This document shows, in pieces, positions 44,420 through 52,588 of a stretch of DNA of 61,521 bases. The stretch covers positions 1 through 61,521 of the IMG/VR virus record IMGVR_UViG_3300042465_003931; one strand, given 5' to 3'. Below the pieces are notes generated by a model. That model did no database searches. It was not told where the DNA came from and worked only from the letters and a program-made list of their open reading frames with translations. Numbering within the stretch: the stretch's first letter is position 1; the number at the start of each line of letters is the position of its first letter. Origin of the DNA: a virus. Taxonomy: Duplodnaviria; Caudoviricetes. Both the position numbers and the translations under genes were made by a program.

Positions 44420-44989
44420 ATGATTGATCTATTGGCAACACGACCCCACACGGATGTGCAAAGCCGTGCATGCGCGAGGCTGCTGACGGCGGTGATCGCG
44501 GATTCGATCCGCTCCATCGGAACCAAACCGTCCGCCATGGAGCAGCGTTTATACGAGTCCATGGGTGACTCGCACCTGTCCTTGAATTTCCTGTTTAACC
44601 CGACGTCACCGTTTGATGCCTATTGCAAGTTGATCGGACTCGACGCGGACCTGATCAGGCGGGCAATTTCGGGCAACGCGGAACATGGTCCGACGTCGAT
44701 CAAGGTCTGGAGCGAATCGGAGCAAAGGAACGCGCAAGCCAGGATCCGCTGGTTCCTTGCAAAACCAATGGTGCCCATGGCCCCCAAAAGAGATGAGCCC
44801 GCCGAAGCGGGCCCTTCTTTGTCAACGAGATCAGCGAGCGTAAAAGATAGCCCGTTTACATGTTGGGTATCGACCGACGAATCGGGGAACCCGCTCGATG
44901 GTCATCAGGTAGACAGACCACCCTTGCCGACTCCATTTGATGTACTTCTCCGCATGCCGGACAAATCCGTCGTGCGGGATAAGGTCTAG
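44420..44989 (+). CDS. hypothetical protein (3' part overlaps an opposite-strand gene)
   Basis: GAGG RBS before ATG 44420; ARLLTAVI.D motif. Confidence 0.45.
   Translation: MIDLLATRPHTDVQSRACARLLTAVIADSIRSIGTKPSAMEQRLYESMGDSHLSLNFLFNPTSPFDAYCKLIGLDADLIRRAISGNAEHGPTSIKVWSESEQRNAQARIRWFLAKPMVPMAPKRDEPAEAGPSLSTRSASVKDSPFTCWVSTDESGNPLDGHQVDRPPLPTPFDVLLRMPDKSVVRDKV
44786..44820 (-). terminator. intrinsic terminator (UUCG hairpin), possibly bidirectional
   Basis: Minus strand GCCCGC-TTCG-GCGGGC followed by TCATCTCTTTT; T-rich tail on the plus side too. Confidence 0.6.
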
Positions 44990-45085
44990 GTCGTCCTCCT
45001 TGTAGGCCTCTTGAAGGAATCCAGGGTCACGGTCAGTGATGCACTTGACCCTGGGCTCATGGTGCATTGGGTTGCTGCGGCTCAT
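44831..45085 (-). CDS. hypothetical protein
   Basis: ATGA-coupled to the bL12-like gene; ends just before the terminator. Confidence 0.5.
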   Translation of the reverse strand: MSRSNPMHHEPRVKCITDRDPGFLQEAYKEDDLDLIPHDGFVRHAEKYIKWSRQGWSVYLMTIERVPRFVGRYPTCKRAIFYAR

Positions 45086-45390
45086 TGGAGCAATCTCTCG
45101 ATCATTTGGCGCTCGGTCGCGCCGTTCATCTGGCCGATCTCGTCCGCGATGTCCTTGGACTCCTTCAGCCCGAGCCCCCGGTGCATCCGAATGATCTTGA
45201 TCGCCTCGATCTTCATACCCCTGCGCAGGGCGTCGAGCGCCTCGATTGCCCAACCGGGCGCGTCGATCACGTTGGCTGCGCGGATCAGCGCGTCCGGGTC
45301 GATCCTGGCCAATGTAAACAGCAGGCCCAGGGCGTCTCGTTTGCCCTCGGCCACGTCTTGCAGGATCTTGATGGCGTCTTGATAGTTCAT
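45082..45390 (-). CDS. ribosomal protein bL12 (L7/L12) C-terminal-domain-like protein
   Basis: KIEAIKIIRMHRGLGLKESKDIAD matches the L7/L12 K..VIK.VR..TGLGLKEAKDLV signature. Confidence 0.7.
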   Translation of the reverse strand: MNYQDAIKILQDVAEGKRDALGLLFTLARIDPDALIRAANVIDAPGWAIEALDALRRGMKIEAIKIIRMHRGLGLKESKDIADEIGQMNGATERQMIERLLQ

Positions 45391-45623
45391 GCGTCCCCCG
45401 ACCCGTCACCAAGTCCGGCGCGGGTATTGGTCCCGGTGATCAAAGGCGGCGCGGTCGCCCGGGATGGCGCGGGCCGTGCCGATGCGCGTTCGTTGACGCG
45501 TTTACATTTGTGCGAATGCTTCCCTTCCCCTGCAGGGGATGGACTACTGGTCTCAAATCACGCCGGTCAGCATCAGCGCCGCGATCACGGCGCAGAGGAT
45601 CAGCAACAGTCGGTCGTCGTCGT

Positions 45624-47432
45624 TCATCGTGCCCCCTTCATCTGCCCGAATGCCACGCGGCCCAGGTCCTCCAGTCGGTCGACCTGCACGGCTGAATCCC
45701 CGTAGGTCTCGCTGACGTTGTGCCCAATCCCCACGCCGATCACGCGGATCCCAAGCCCCCGGGCGGCGTCTAGTTGGCGGGCGGTGGTCCATACGTTGCC
45801 GTCCCCGTCGCTGATGCTGATCAGGATCTTGCGCTGCGCGGGGTGCGCCATCAGTGCTTCGGTCGCGTACCGTGCGGCGGCGTAGTCGTTCGTGTCACCC
45901 TGGCCATGCAGGCGGCGCAGGTCGGGCAGCGCCTTGCGCCACGGTTGGCCCCATTGCTTGAGGACCGTCGAGTCGGTGCCGAACGTGAGCAACAGGGACT
46001 CGCCTCGGGCCTGGGCGATAGCGTCGAGCAGGGCGGTGCATGTGGCCACTGCCAACCCAATTCGGGAAGTCGCCACGCGGTCGCGAATCATCTCCAGTCG
46101 GTGCGTGTCGCGCACATTGCAGCCGCCCGTGGGGAACATCGATCCGCTAACGTCCAGCATGATTGCCACTGCTGAGTCAACTCCATCCGTCGAATGACGG
46201 CGGGCGAACACCTCGCGCCTGCCTGTCGCCACGCTGGCGAGTGCGGGCCGGTGCAGGGTGCCGGACCGATAGCCGCCCTCGCGCCACTCGGTCGCGCTGT
46301 TCTCCAGCAGGCGGCGGACCTCCAGGCGGAGGCGGGCCGGGACCGCTGCCTCTGTGGGCCAGATGTCCATCGGCGCGCAAGAGGGCAGGCGGGCCCGCAG
46401 CACGGATTCCCGGGTGTAGGTTCCGCCCGGCGCGCTCTCCTCGGGCCTGGGTTGAGAGGGCTCGACCTCCCGTGCTTGCTGGTGCCCGCTGGGGGCCCTG
46501 GCGGGGCCTGTGGGCTCGTCCTGTGGTTCACCCTTGCCCTGGCCTTCGGCTGCGCCTTGCGCGTCTCCTGCGCCTTCCTGGCCGTCTTCCTGGCCGTCGC
46601 CCTGGCCTGCGCTCTGGCCTTGCTGGCCGTCCTGGCCTTGTCCTTTGCCCTGGCCTTGCGCGTCTCCTGCGCCGTCCTGTCCGTCCTGTCCGTCCTGGCC
46701 GTCGTCCTGGCCTTGCTGGCCGTCCTGGTCCTGGTCGCCTTGTCCCTGGTTCTGTTGGTTCTGTTGGTTCTGCTGGTTCTGTTGGTTCTGCTGGTTCTGT
46801 TGGTTCTGCTGGGGCGGCTGTTGCAGTTGATCGAACACCCAGCGGGCAAGCTCTAGGGTGTCGGCGGTCGAGTGGCAGGCGTCGAGCCGTGACGCGGCGG
46901 TGCGCCAGATCGGCAGCAACTCGGCGGGCGTGGGCACGGTGTGCCCGTAGCCGCGCAGGTAGACCGCCAGACTGAAGGGGTACTGTGCCGGGTCGGACCA
47001 GTCATTCACCGCCTCGCGGGCCTGGGTGACCATGGTACCGAGTAGCTCCCTCAGCAGGTTGCCAATGTTCCCGGTCAGTCCCTCGCGGATGGCGCGTCGC
47101 TCGATCCAGGCGTCCTCGATTGCGTTGTGGAGCGTGTCGACGTAGGGTCGACCGTCGGACCATGTGAACGTGGTGAGCTTTCGGTGCAGTAGCTCGTGCA
47201 CCACATAGCCCGCGTAGTGGTGGATCGTGGCGCGGGTGACGGTGGCGGCGTCGCCGATATCGGACAGGATCATGTCGCCGCTGGAGTTAATCGCGGCGGT
47301 CTGGATTCGGCTCGACCACTGGACCGTGATCGGCTGCAATTCGAGCGCCTTGCACAGTCGATGCGCGAACGCCTCGAGCCCTGCGCGGGCCTCGATGCCG
47401 CGCATGGTGCGGCTCATAAGTAGATCGGTCAC
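45624..47432 (-). CDS. CobT-like vWA protein with N-terminal HExxH domain
   Basis: HELLH...NAIEDAWIE; Q/N/D/G linker; MIDAS DVSGS...T...ISDG. Confidence 0.8.
   Translation of the reverse strand: MTDLLMSRTMRGIEARAGLEAFAHRLCKALELQPITVQWSSRIQTAAINSSGDMILSDIGDAATVTRATIHHYAGYVVHELLHRKLTTFTWSDGRPYVDTLHNAIEDAWIERRAIREGLTGNIGNLLRELLGTMVTQAREAVNDWSDPAQYPFSLAVYLRGYGHTVPTPAELLPIWRTAASRLDACHSTADTLELARWVFDQLQQPPQQNQQNQQNQQNQQNQQNQQNQGQGDQDQDGQQGQDDGQDGQDGQDGAGDAQGQGKGQGQDGQQGQSAGQGDGQEDGQEGAGDAQGAAEGQGKGEPQDEPTGPARAPSGHQQAREVEPSQPRPEESAPGGTYTRESVLRARLPSCAPMDIWPTEAAVPARLRLEVRRLLENSATEWREGGYRSGTLHRPALASVATGRREVFARRHSTDGVDSAVAIMLDVSGSMFPTGGCNVRDTHRLEMIRDRVATSRIGLAVATCTALLDAIAQARGESLLLTFGTDSTVLKQWGQPWRKALPDLRRLHGQGDTNDYAAARYATEALMAHPAQRKILISISDGDGNVWTTARQLDAARGLGIRVIGVGIGHNVSETYGDSAVQVDRLEDLGRVAFGQMKGAR
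46746..46808. repeat. 9-bp tandem repeat x7 encoding (QNQ)n
   Basis: (C/T)TGGTTCTG x7. Confidence 0.9.
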
Positions 47433-48988
47433 AGTGCGGACTCCCTGGCCACGAGGGCCTCATCGATGCAGGCGCTGTAAACGGCGGCGAGTGCGGCCTC
47501 CGACTCGGCGGGCTGGCGGGCAGCGATTGCCGACCTCCAGGCCTCGGCCACCGGCAGGACCTGGGCGGCTTCGATGAACGCGACCATCTGCCGGATGCTG
47601 GGGGCGTCGATGATGTCGCCGCTATCGACCTTCGACCGCAGCACGCCCATGCCCGCGACTAGGTGCGCTGCCAGGGCAGGAGTGCATCCGGTGTGCCGGG
47701 TCAGTGCCTCGGCCTCAGTGGCCGGGTCGAGGTAGCGGAACGGTACGACCAGCGAGAACCGCTCGGAGAACGCCACATTCATGGGCTGGACCCCGGCGTA
47801 CCGGCCCGACGGGTCGCCCTGGGTCAGATCGTTCGATGCGGCTAAATACATGGTCCCTGGGGCGCGGTGCCAGACCTGCCCCGCGTAGGCCACTTGTGCC
47901 TGTCGTTCCAAAAACGCGTTCAGCGCCGACAGTGCGCCGGGCTGGCCCATGCCGACCTCGTCGAGCAAGCAGACCGCGCCCGGTGTGGTGTACGCGGCCA
48001 GGACCGCGCCGGGTTCGAACACGGTCGACCCGTTGCTGAGGCCGGTCGCGCCCAGGAAGTCGTCGCGGGTACTGAAGCGGTCGAACACAAACCGCCGGAA
48101 CATGCGCCCGGTGCGGGCCGCGAACTGCTGCGCGGTCTGGGTTTTGCCGGTGCCTGCCGGACCTCCGAGCCACAAGTTGCGACCGTGGGTCGCGGCAACA
48201 TGCAAGTGCCGCACGATGGACTCAGACCAAATGAAACACGGGTCAACGGCGGGGGCCTCGGGGTGACCGTAGGTGTCGAACACGAGGGGTCGACCCTTGG
48301 CGTCGGACAGATCTAGGCCAAAGAGGGTAAGCGCCGATTCACGCCCGGTCGGGCCGGACTCGGCCACTGCTACCGCCTGCGCCTGGGTGCCTGCTGTTTC
48401 AACGGCGGCGCGGTACGGTTCCCAGGCGGCCAGGACTTGATCTCTGATCGCGGCCTGGATTGACGCATCGTCTGCCCGCGGTGCGCGGGTCAGTGCCTGG
48501 GAGAGGCGGCGCAGTTCTGCGTCGGTGTCGTCTGCCCTCTGAATCGCGCCGTCGAGTCGGCCCTTGTGGTACTCGATCACGGTCCAGTGGCTGGCCAGGG
48601 TGTCGCCCAGTTTGCCGACCTCGTGGCAGGCTTGGGTGGCTAGTTGATCGGCGCGGTTGGCCGTTGTCTCCACCGCCTGGAGTCGACGGAGTGCCTCGCG
48701 GGCGGTTTCCTCTGCCCGGTCGGCGGCGGCGCGGGTGGCCGCGACGTCCGGGGCCTGGGGGCGGGGAGAGAAGGCGGGTTGTGGTGCGCCAAGGGATGCG
48801 GTGACGTTCAGCGGCTGGCTGGTCAAGTCGGAGATGGTCCACCGTCCCCGGTTGATGCCCGCCAGCAAAGCGGATTGCATCGTCGAGCGGGGTTGGGGTG
48901 ACGCGTCGCCGGTCAGTCGTTGATACGCCAGCGACAGATCGCGCAAGGGTAGGCCAGATACGTGTTGTAGGGGGGTCATGGTCGTCAC
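47429..48988 (-). CDS. MoxR/CbbQ/CobS-like AAA+ ATPase
   Basis: Walker A GPAGTGKT, Walker B LLDEV, AASN..G......Y.G...N.AF.ERF, S.R; N-terminal coiled coil. Confidence 0.85.
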   Translation of the reverse strand: MTTMTPLQHVSGLPLRDLSLAYQRLTGDASPQPRSTMQSALLAGINRGRWTISDLTSQPLNVTASLGAPQPAFSPRPQAPDVAATRAAADRAEETAREALRRLQAVETTANRADQLATQACHEVGKLGDTLASHWTVIEYHKGRLDGAIQRADDTDAELRRLSQALTRAPRADDASIQAAIRDQVLAAWEPYRAAVETAGTQAQAVAVAESGPTGRESALTLFGLDLSDAKGRPLVFDTYGHPEAPAVDPCFIWSESIVRHLHVAATHGRNLWLGGPAGTGKTQTAQQFAARTGRMFRRFVFDRFSTRDDFLGATGLSNGSTVFEPGAVLAAYTTPGAVCLLDEVGMGQPGALSALNAFLERQAQVAYAGQVWHRAPGTMYLAASNDLTQGDPSGRYAGVQPMNVAFSERFSLVVPFRYLDPATEAEALTRHTGCTPALAAHLVAGMGVLRSKVDSGDIIDAPSIRQMVAFIEAAQVLPVAEAWRSAIAARQPAESEAALAAVYSACIDEALVARESAL

Positions 48989-49554
48989 TCCTCGGTGGTT
49001 TCTTCAGCGATAAAGGCGGTGCCGTCGTAACAAACAGGGACACCGGCGGCCAACCATTTACGGGTTGTCCTCACGGTGTAGCCGCAGCCCGGGCAGACAA
49101 GCTTCAGCATGCGGGTCGTCTGGGTCTGCCTCTTCCCGGCCAGGATCGGCGCATGGGGGTAGTCCCCAAGATCGGCAAGGACCGTGGCCCATAGGTCCGG
49201 GAAGTCGGGGCCCGGGGCGGTGGCCTTGTAGCTGTCATCCATGGGCATCAGGCCCAGGTCAGCGACGGCGGCGCGGAAGGTGTTGCTGCCGCTGGTGGCT
49301 GCGCCTGGGAGTGAGTGGGCAAGCTCCCGCAGGAGCAAGCAGAGAACCTCGGTCGGGTCCGCGACGGTCGGGGAGATGAGGATCTCCCAGGTTCCGTCAC
49401 CGGACGCGGTGTCGGGCCAGGACTCGGACAACGTGCCGGACCGGGTATAGGTCGAGGGGAATCCACAAGCGGCGCGGATGGCCGTCGGGAAGGGGGCGTG
49501 TATGCGCGCAGCCTGGATGGCGGCGCTCAACCACGATTCGCGGGTTGGGTGCAT
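48985..49554 (-). CDS. SprT-like zincin-fold protein with degenerate active site
   Basis: RE.WL, EILISP, RELAH in place of HExxH, TRMLK..C..CGY.VR...KW...G.P.C; AGGAG RBS. Confidence 0.65.
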   Translation of the reverse strand: MHPTRESWLSAAIQAARIHAPFPTAIRAACGFPSTYTRSGTLSESWPDTASGDGTWEILISPTVADPTEVLCLLLRELAHSLPGAATSGSNTFRAAVADLGLMPMDDSYKATAPGPDFPDLWATVLADLGDYPHAPILAGKRQTQTTRMLKLVCPGCGYTVRTTRKWLAAGVPVCYDGTAFIAEETTEE

Positions 49555-49612
49555 GGTCTCTCCTGTTTCCTCGCAGCACTAGCGCTGCGGGTCGCCTCGC
49601 GGGCGAGCCCTG

Positions 49613-49641
49613 AGCGTAACGGTGCAAACGGACCATGTCAA
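49613..49641 (-). promoter_or_regulatory. sigma70-type early promoter
   Basis: Minus strand TTGACA-17-TACGCT; -35 flanked by a GGACC/GGTCC inverted pair (49630-49649). Confidence 0.65.
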
Positions 49642-49885
49642 TAGGGTCCAACGTGGGGCTAGTGCAAGCGCCGTGGGGTATGGGCGAAGCCGGACGGACT
49701 GACTGACAACGTGTACGCCCGCACGCGTAGCACAAGACAAAAGAAACACAAAGCCCGAGCAAAACAGAGGGTCAGGGCTGTATGAAGGTACATGCCCCTA
49801 GAACGCGTCAGAACGGCCCAGGAGCGACGCAAGGTGGTGGTACATGCCCTGGCCTTCAAAAATATAGATCTCGCCTTCCAGCGAG

Positions 49886-49967
49886 TTCTGCACAAGTTAT
49901 CCACAAGCGCCCAGAGGGACTGCACAAAAAAGAGGCAGTTCTAAAGGTTATCCACAAGTTTTCCACA
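49886..49967 (+). promoter_or_regulatory. cluster of four DnaA boxes
   Basis: TTCTGCACA 49886, TTATCCACA 49897, TTATCCACA 49948, TTTTCCACA 49959. Confidence 0.7.
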
Positions 49968-50046
49968 GTATGATGCGAACAAAGCCCAGGCGGGCAACGT
50001 ATGCCGGGTGACGGTGCGGGACAGATCATCAGATACGGGGTAGGGT

Positions 50047-50667
50047 ATGGGAACGATCAGCAGCGAGGAGTATCTGAGGGCGCTCGAGGACGTAGACCAG
50101 GAAGAGGAATGTGTAAACGATGAAGAGCCGGAGGCCGGGGCCGATGAGGAAAGCGAAGCGGAACAGTTGGCGGGGGCAGCAGAACCGCCAGGAGAGAGAG
50201 CAGGACTCAGGATCCAAACGCCAGAAGGATGGCGAAGGGTCCGACGGTTAACACCGGCACAAGAGGCGTTCGCCAGGGGGGTTATAGAGGGGAAAAGCTA
50301 CCGCCAAGCCTACCGTGACGCATACCCGGGAGCGCAGGGACAACCGGGGTCAATCGCATCGAGCGCGTACAAGTTGAGTAGGGATCCGAGGATCCAGGCT
50401 CTCATACAGGCGGGTGATGACGAACACCAAGATGCGGTCGCGGAGGATCTGGCTGCGACTAAACGTTATGTGATGAGAAGGTTGGTGGAGATGAGCAAAG
50501 CAGGCAAGCAGGAAGGATCGAGGCTCAAGGCCCTGGAGCTACTCGGACGCGTAGCCGGTATGTGGCGTGACACTCAACCGACCGCAGATGAGAAGCCGTT
50601 GACGGCGGCGGAGTTGAAGGCGGCGCTGGCCGGACACTTGAGGCTGGTGCAGGGGCGCAAGGCGTGA
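50047..50667 (+). CDS. terS: terminase small subunit
   Basis: LTPAQEAFA...G....AYR.AY...A..L...P.I, and RLKALELLG...GM; upstream of terL. Confidence 0.8.
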   Translation: MGTISSEEYLRALEDVDQEEECVNDEEPEAGADEESEAEQLAGAAEPPGERAGLRIQTPEGWRRVRRLTPAQEAFARGVIEGKSYRQAYRDAYPGAQGQPGSIASSAYKLSRDPRIQALIQAGDDEHQDAVAEDLAATKRYVMRRLVEMSKAGKQEGSRLKALELLGRVAGMWRDTQPTADEKPLTAAELKAALAGHLRLVQGRKA

Positions 50668-50729
50668 CCCACCCCTCCGGGGGGAGGGCCCTGTGTGCGG
50701 CTGACCACCCTCCTGCGCCTTACGCTCAA

Positions 50730-50772
50730 ATCCGCTCATTCCATCATTGTTCCGGTTGATCCGCTCATTCCA
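50730..50772. repeat. 14-bp direct repeat ATCCGCTCATTCCA x2
   Basis: 50730-50743 and 50759-50772, in the terS-terL spacer. Confidence 0.8.
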
Positions 50773-50793
50773 CCACTTTTCCAGTTGACCCCC

Positions 50794-50809
50794 CGTTCCA
50801 CGTGAAACA
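50794..50809. promoter_or_regulatory. parS-like site
   Basis: CGTTCCACGTGAAACA versus bacterial consensus TGTTNCACGTGAAACA. Confidence 0.7.
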
Positions 50810-50884
50810 CTACCCCCCCGGGTATATATATATTTTGCGTAAACACAAGTACAATGAGAACAAGCGTTCTCAATGATAGCGGTT

Positions 50885-51109
50885 ATGACGCGTAAACAAA
50901 GGAGGCTGTATGAGTTCATACAGGCGTACATCAAGAGGTACGGGCTGAGCCCTTCGTATCATGTGACGGCCAAGGCGTTGGGCTTGAGGTCGAAGTCCAA
51001 TATTCACAGGATGGTGTGTGATTTGATAGCGCAGGGGTTCTTGGAGAAGGATCCCCGGAAGTTTTATGCGATCAAGGTGAAGAATGCTTCTGTCGAAACA
51101 GGAGATTGA
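50885..51109 (+). CDS. LexA-type DNA-binding domain protein
   Basis: MT.KQ..LY.FI..YI...G.SPS......LGL.S.S..H.....L...G.L; no peptidase domain. Confidence 0.7.
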   Translation: MTRKQRRLYEFIQAYIKRYGLSPSYHVTAKALGLRSKSNIHRMVCDLIAQGFLEKDPRKFYAIKVKNASVETGD

Positions 51110-52577
51110 GAAGTACTTGTCTGCGGTGGACAAGTTGCCGGAGTCTGAGAGGGCGAAGGTTCATGCGTTGCTGGGGCTTGATCGTCTTCAGCGGTGCAAG
51201 GATTCGTTCTTGTTTTTTGTGAAGCAGATGTGGCCTGGGTTCATTTCGGGCAAGCATCATCAGATCATGGCGAATGCGTTTGAGAGGATTGCGGAAGGGA
51301 AGTTGAAGAGGTTGATCATCAACATGCCTCCAAGACACACGAAGAGTGAGTTTGCGTCGTATCTGCTTCCGGCGTGGTTCTTGGGGAAGTTCCCGCATAA
51401 GAAGATCATTCAGACGTCACACACATCTGAACTGGCAGTGGGGTTTGGCCGGAAGGTTCGGAACTTGGTTCAGAGTGATGATTACAAGAAGGTGTTTCAG
51501 ACGAAGTTGTCTGCGGACTCGAAGGCGGCAGGAAGATGGAACACGGACAAGGGTGGGGACTACTTCGCTATCGGTGTTGGAGGCGCTGTAACGGGTAAGG
51601 GCGCGGATCTGTTGATCATTGATGATCCGCACAGCGAACAAGAAGCAAAGCAGGGAAACCCTGCGGTGTATGACGCTGTTTATGAGTGGTACACATCTGG
51701 CCCTCGACAGCGTTTACAGCCGGGTGGGGCGATTGTCATTGTGATGACAAGATGGTCCAGCAGAGATTTGACGGGGCAGATTCTCAAGGGAAGCTCGAAG
51801 GATGGGACAGATGATTGGGAGGTGATTGAGTTTCCGGCGATTCTTCCTTCTGGGAATCCGTTGTGGCCTGGGTTCTGGAAGTTGGAGGAGTTGCGGGTTC
51901 TGAAGTCGGAACTGTCGGTTTCCAAGTGGGAGGCTCAGTACCAGCAGAATCCGACCTCTGAAGAGGGTGCGATCATTAAGAGGGAGTTCTGGAAGATCTG
52001 GCCGGACGAGGATCCTCCTTCTTGTTCTTACATCATTCAGAGTTGGGACACTGCGTTTGAGAAGCACAACCGGGCAGACTTCTCTGCTTGCACGACATGG
52101 GGCGTGTTTGACAGGGAAGATCGGCACGGAAACATGGTGCCGAACATCATCCTTTTGGATGCGTTTCAGGACCGGATGGAGTTCCCTGATCTGAAGAAGA
52201 AAGCGCTGGAGAAGTGGAAGGAATGGAACCCGGACTCATTGATCATTGAGAAGAGGGCCGCTGGCGCTCCTCTGATCTATGAGATGAGGAAGATCGGCGT
52301 TCCGCTGTCGGAGTACACCCCCTACAAGGGACAAGACAAGATCGCCCGGGTCAACTCGATTGCGGACCTGTTTGCCTCCGGGATCGTTTGGCGGTCTGAT
52401 CATCGATGGGCAGAAGAGGTCATGGAGCAGATGGCTGCGTTTCCCAACGGGGACCATGACGACCTTGTAGACTCAGCAAGTCAGGCCCTGATGCGGTTTA
52501 GACAGGGTGGGTTCATTGCCATCGAATCAGATGAGAAAGATGAACAGTTTGATCGCAGGCCGATGGCCTACTACTGA
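51084..52577 (+). CDS. terL: terminase large subunit
   Basis: MPPRHTKSE, LLIIDDP, MTRW, YQQNP, SWDTA, HDDLVD. Confidence 0.92.
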   Translation: MLLSKQEIEKYLSAVDKLPESERAKVHALLGLDRLQRCKDSFLFFVKQMWPGFISGKHHQIMANAFERIAEGKLKRLIINMPPRHTKSEFASYLLPAWFLGKFPHKKIIQTSHTSELAVGFGRKVRNLVQSDDYKKVFQTKLSADSKAAGRWNTDKGGDYFAIGVGGAVTGKGADLLIIDDPHSEQEAKQGNPAVYDAVYEWYTSGPRQRLQPGGAIVIVMTRWSSRDLTGQILKGSSKDGTDDWEVIEFPAILPSGNPLWPGFWKLEELRVLKSELSVSKWEAQYQQNPTSEEGAIIKREFWKIWPDEDPPSCSYIIQSWDTAFEKHNRADFSACTTWGVFDREDRHGNMVPNIILLDAFQDRMEFPDLKKKALEKWKEWNPDSLIIEKRAAGAPLIYEMRKIGVPLSEYTPYKGQDKIARVNSIADLFASGIVWRSDHRWAEEVMEQMAAFPNGDHDDLVDSASQALMRFRQGGFIAIESDEKDEQFDRRPMAYY

Positions 52578-52588
52578 AAGGCTCAAGA

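Noticed and set aside
45624-48988. Cobalamin biosynthesis (cobS/cobT) auxiliary metabolic genes
   Set aside because: The motifs only support a generic MoxR AAA+/vWA pair; there is no cobN or other cobalamin gene.
50885-51109. Lysogeny repressor indicating an integrating prophage
   Set aside because: It is a DNA-binding domain only, located in the packaging operon. No integrase, att site or flanking host genes are seen.
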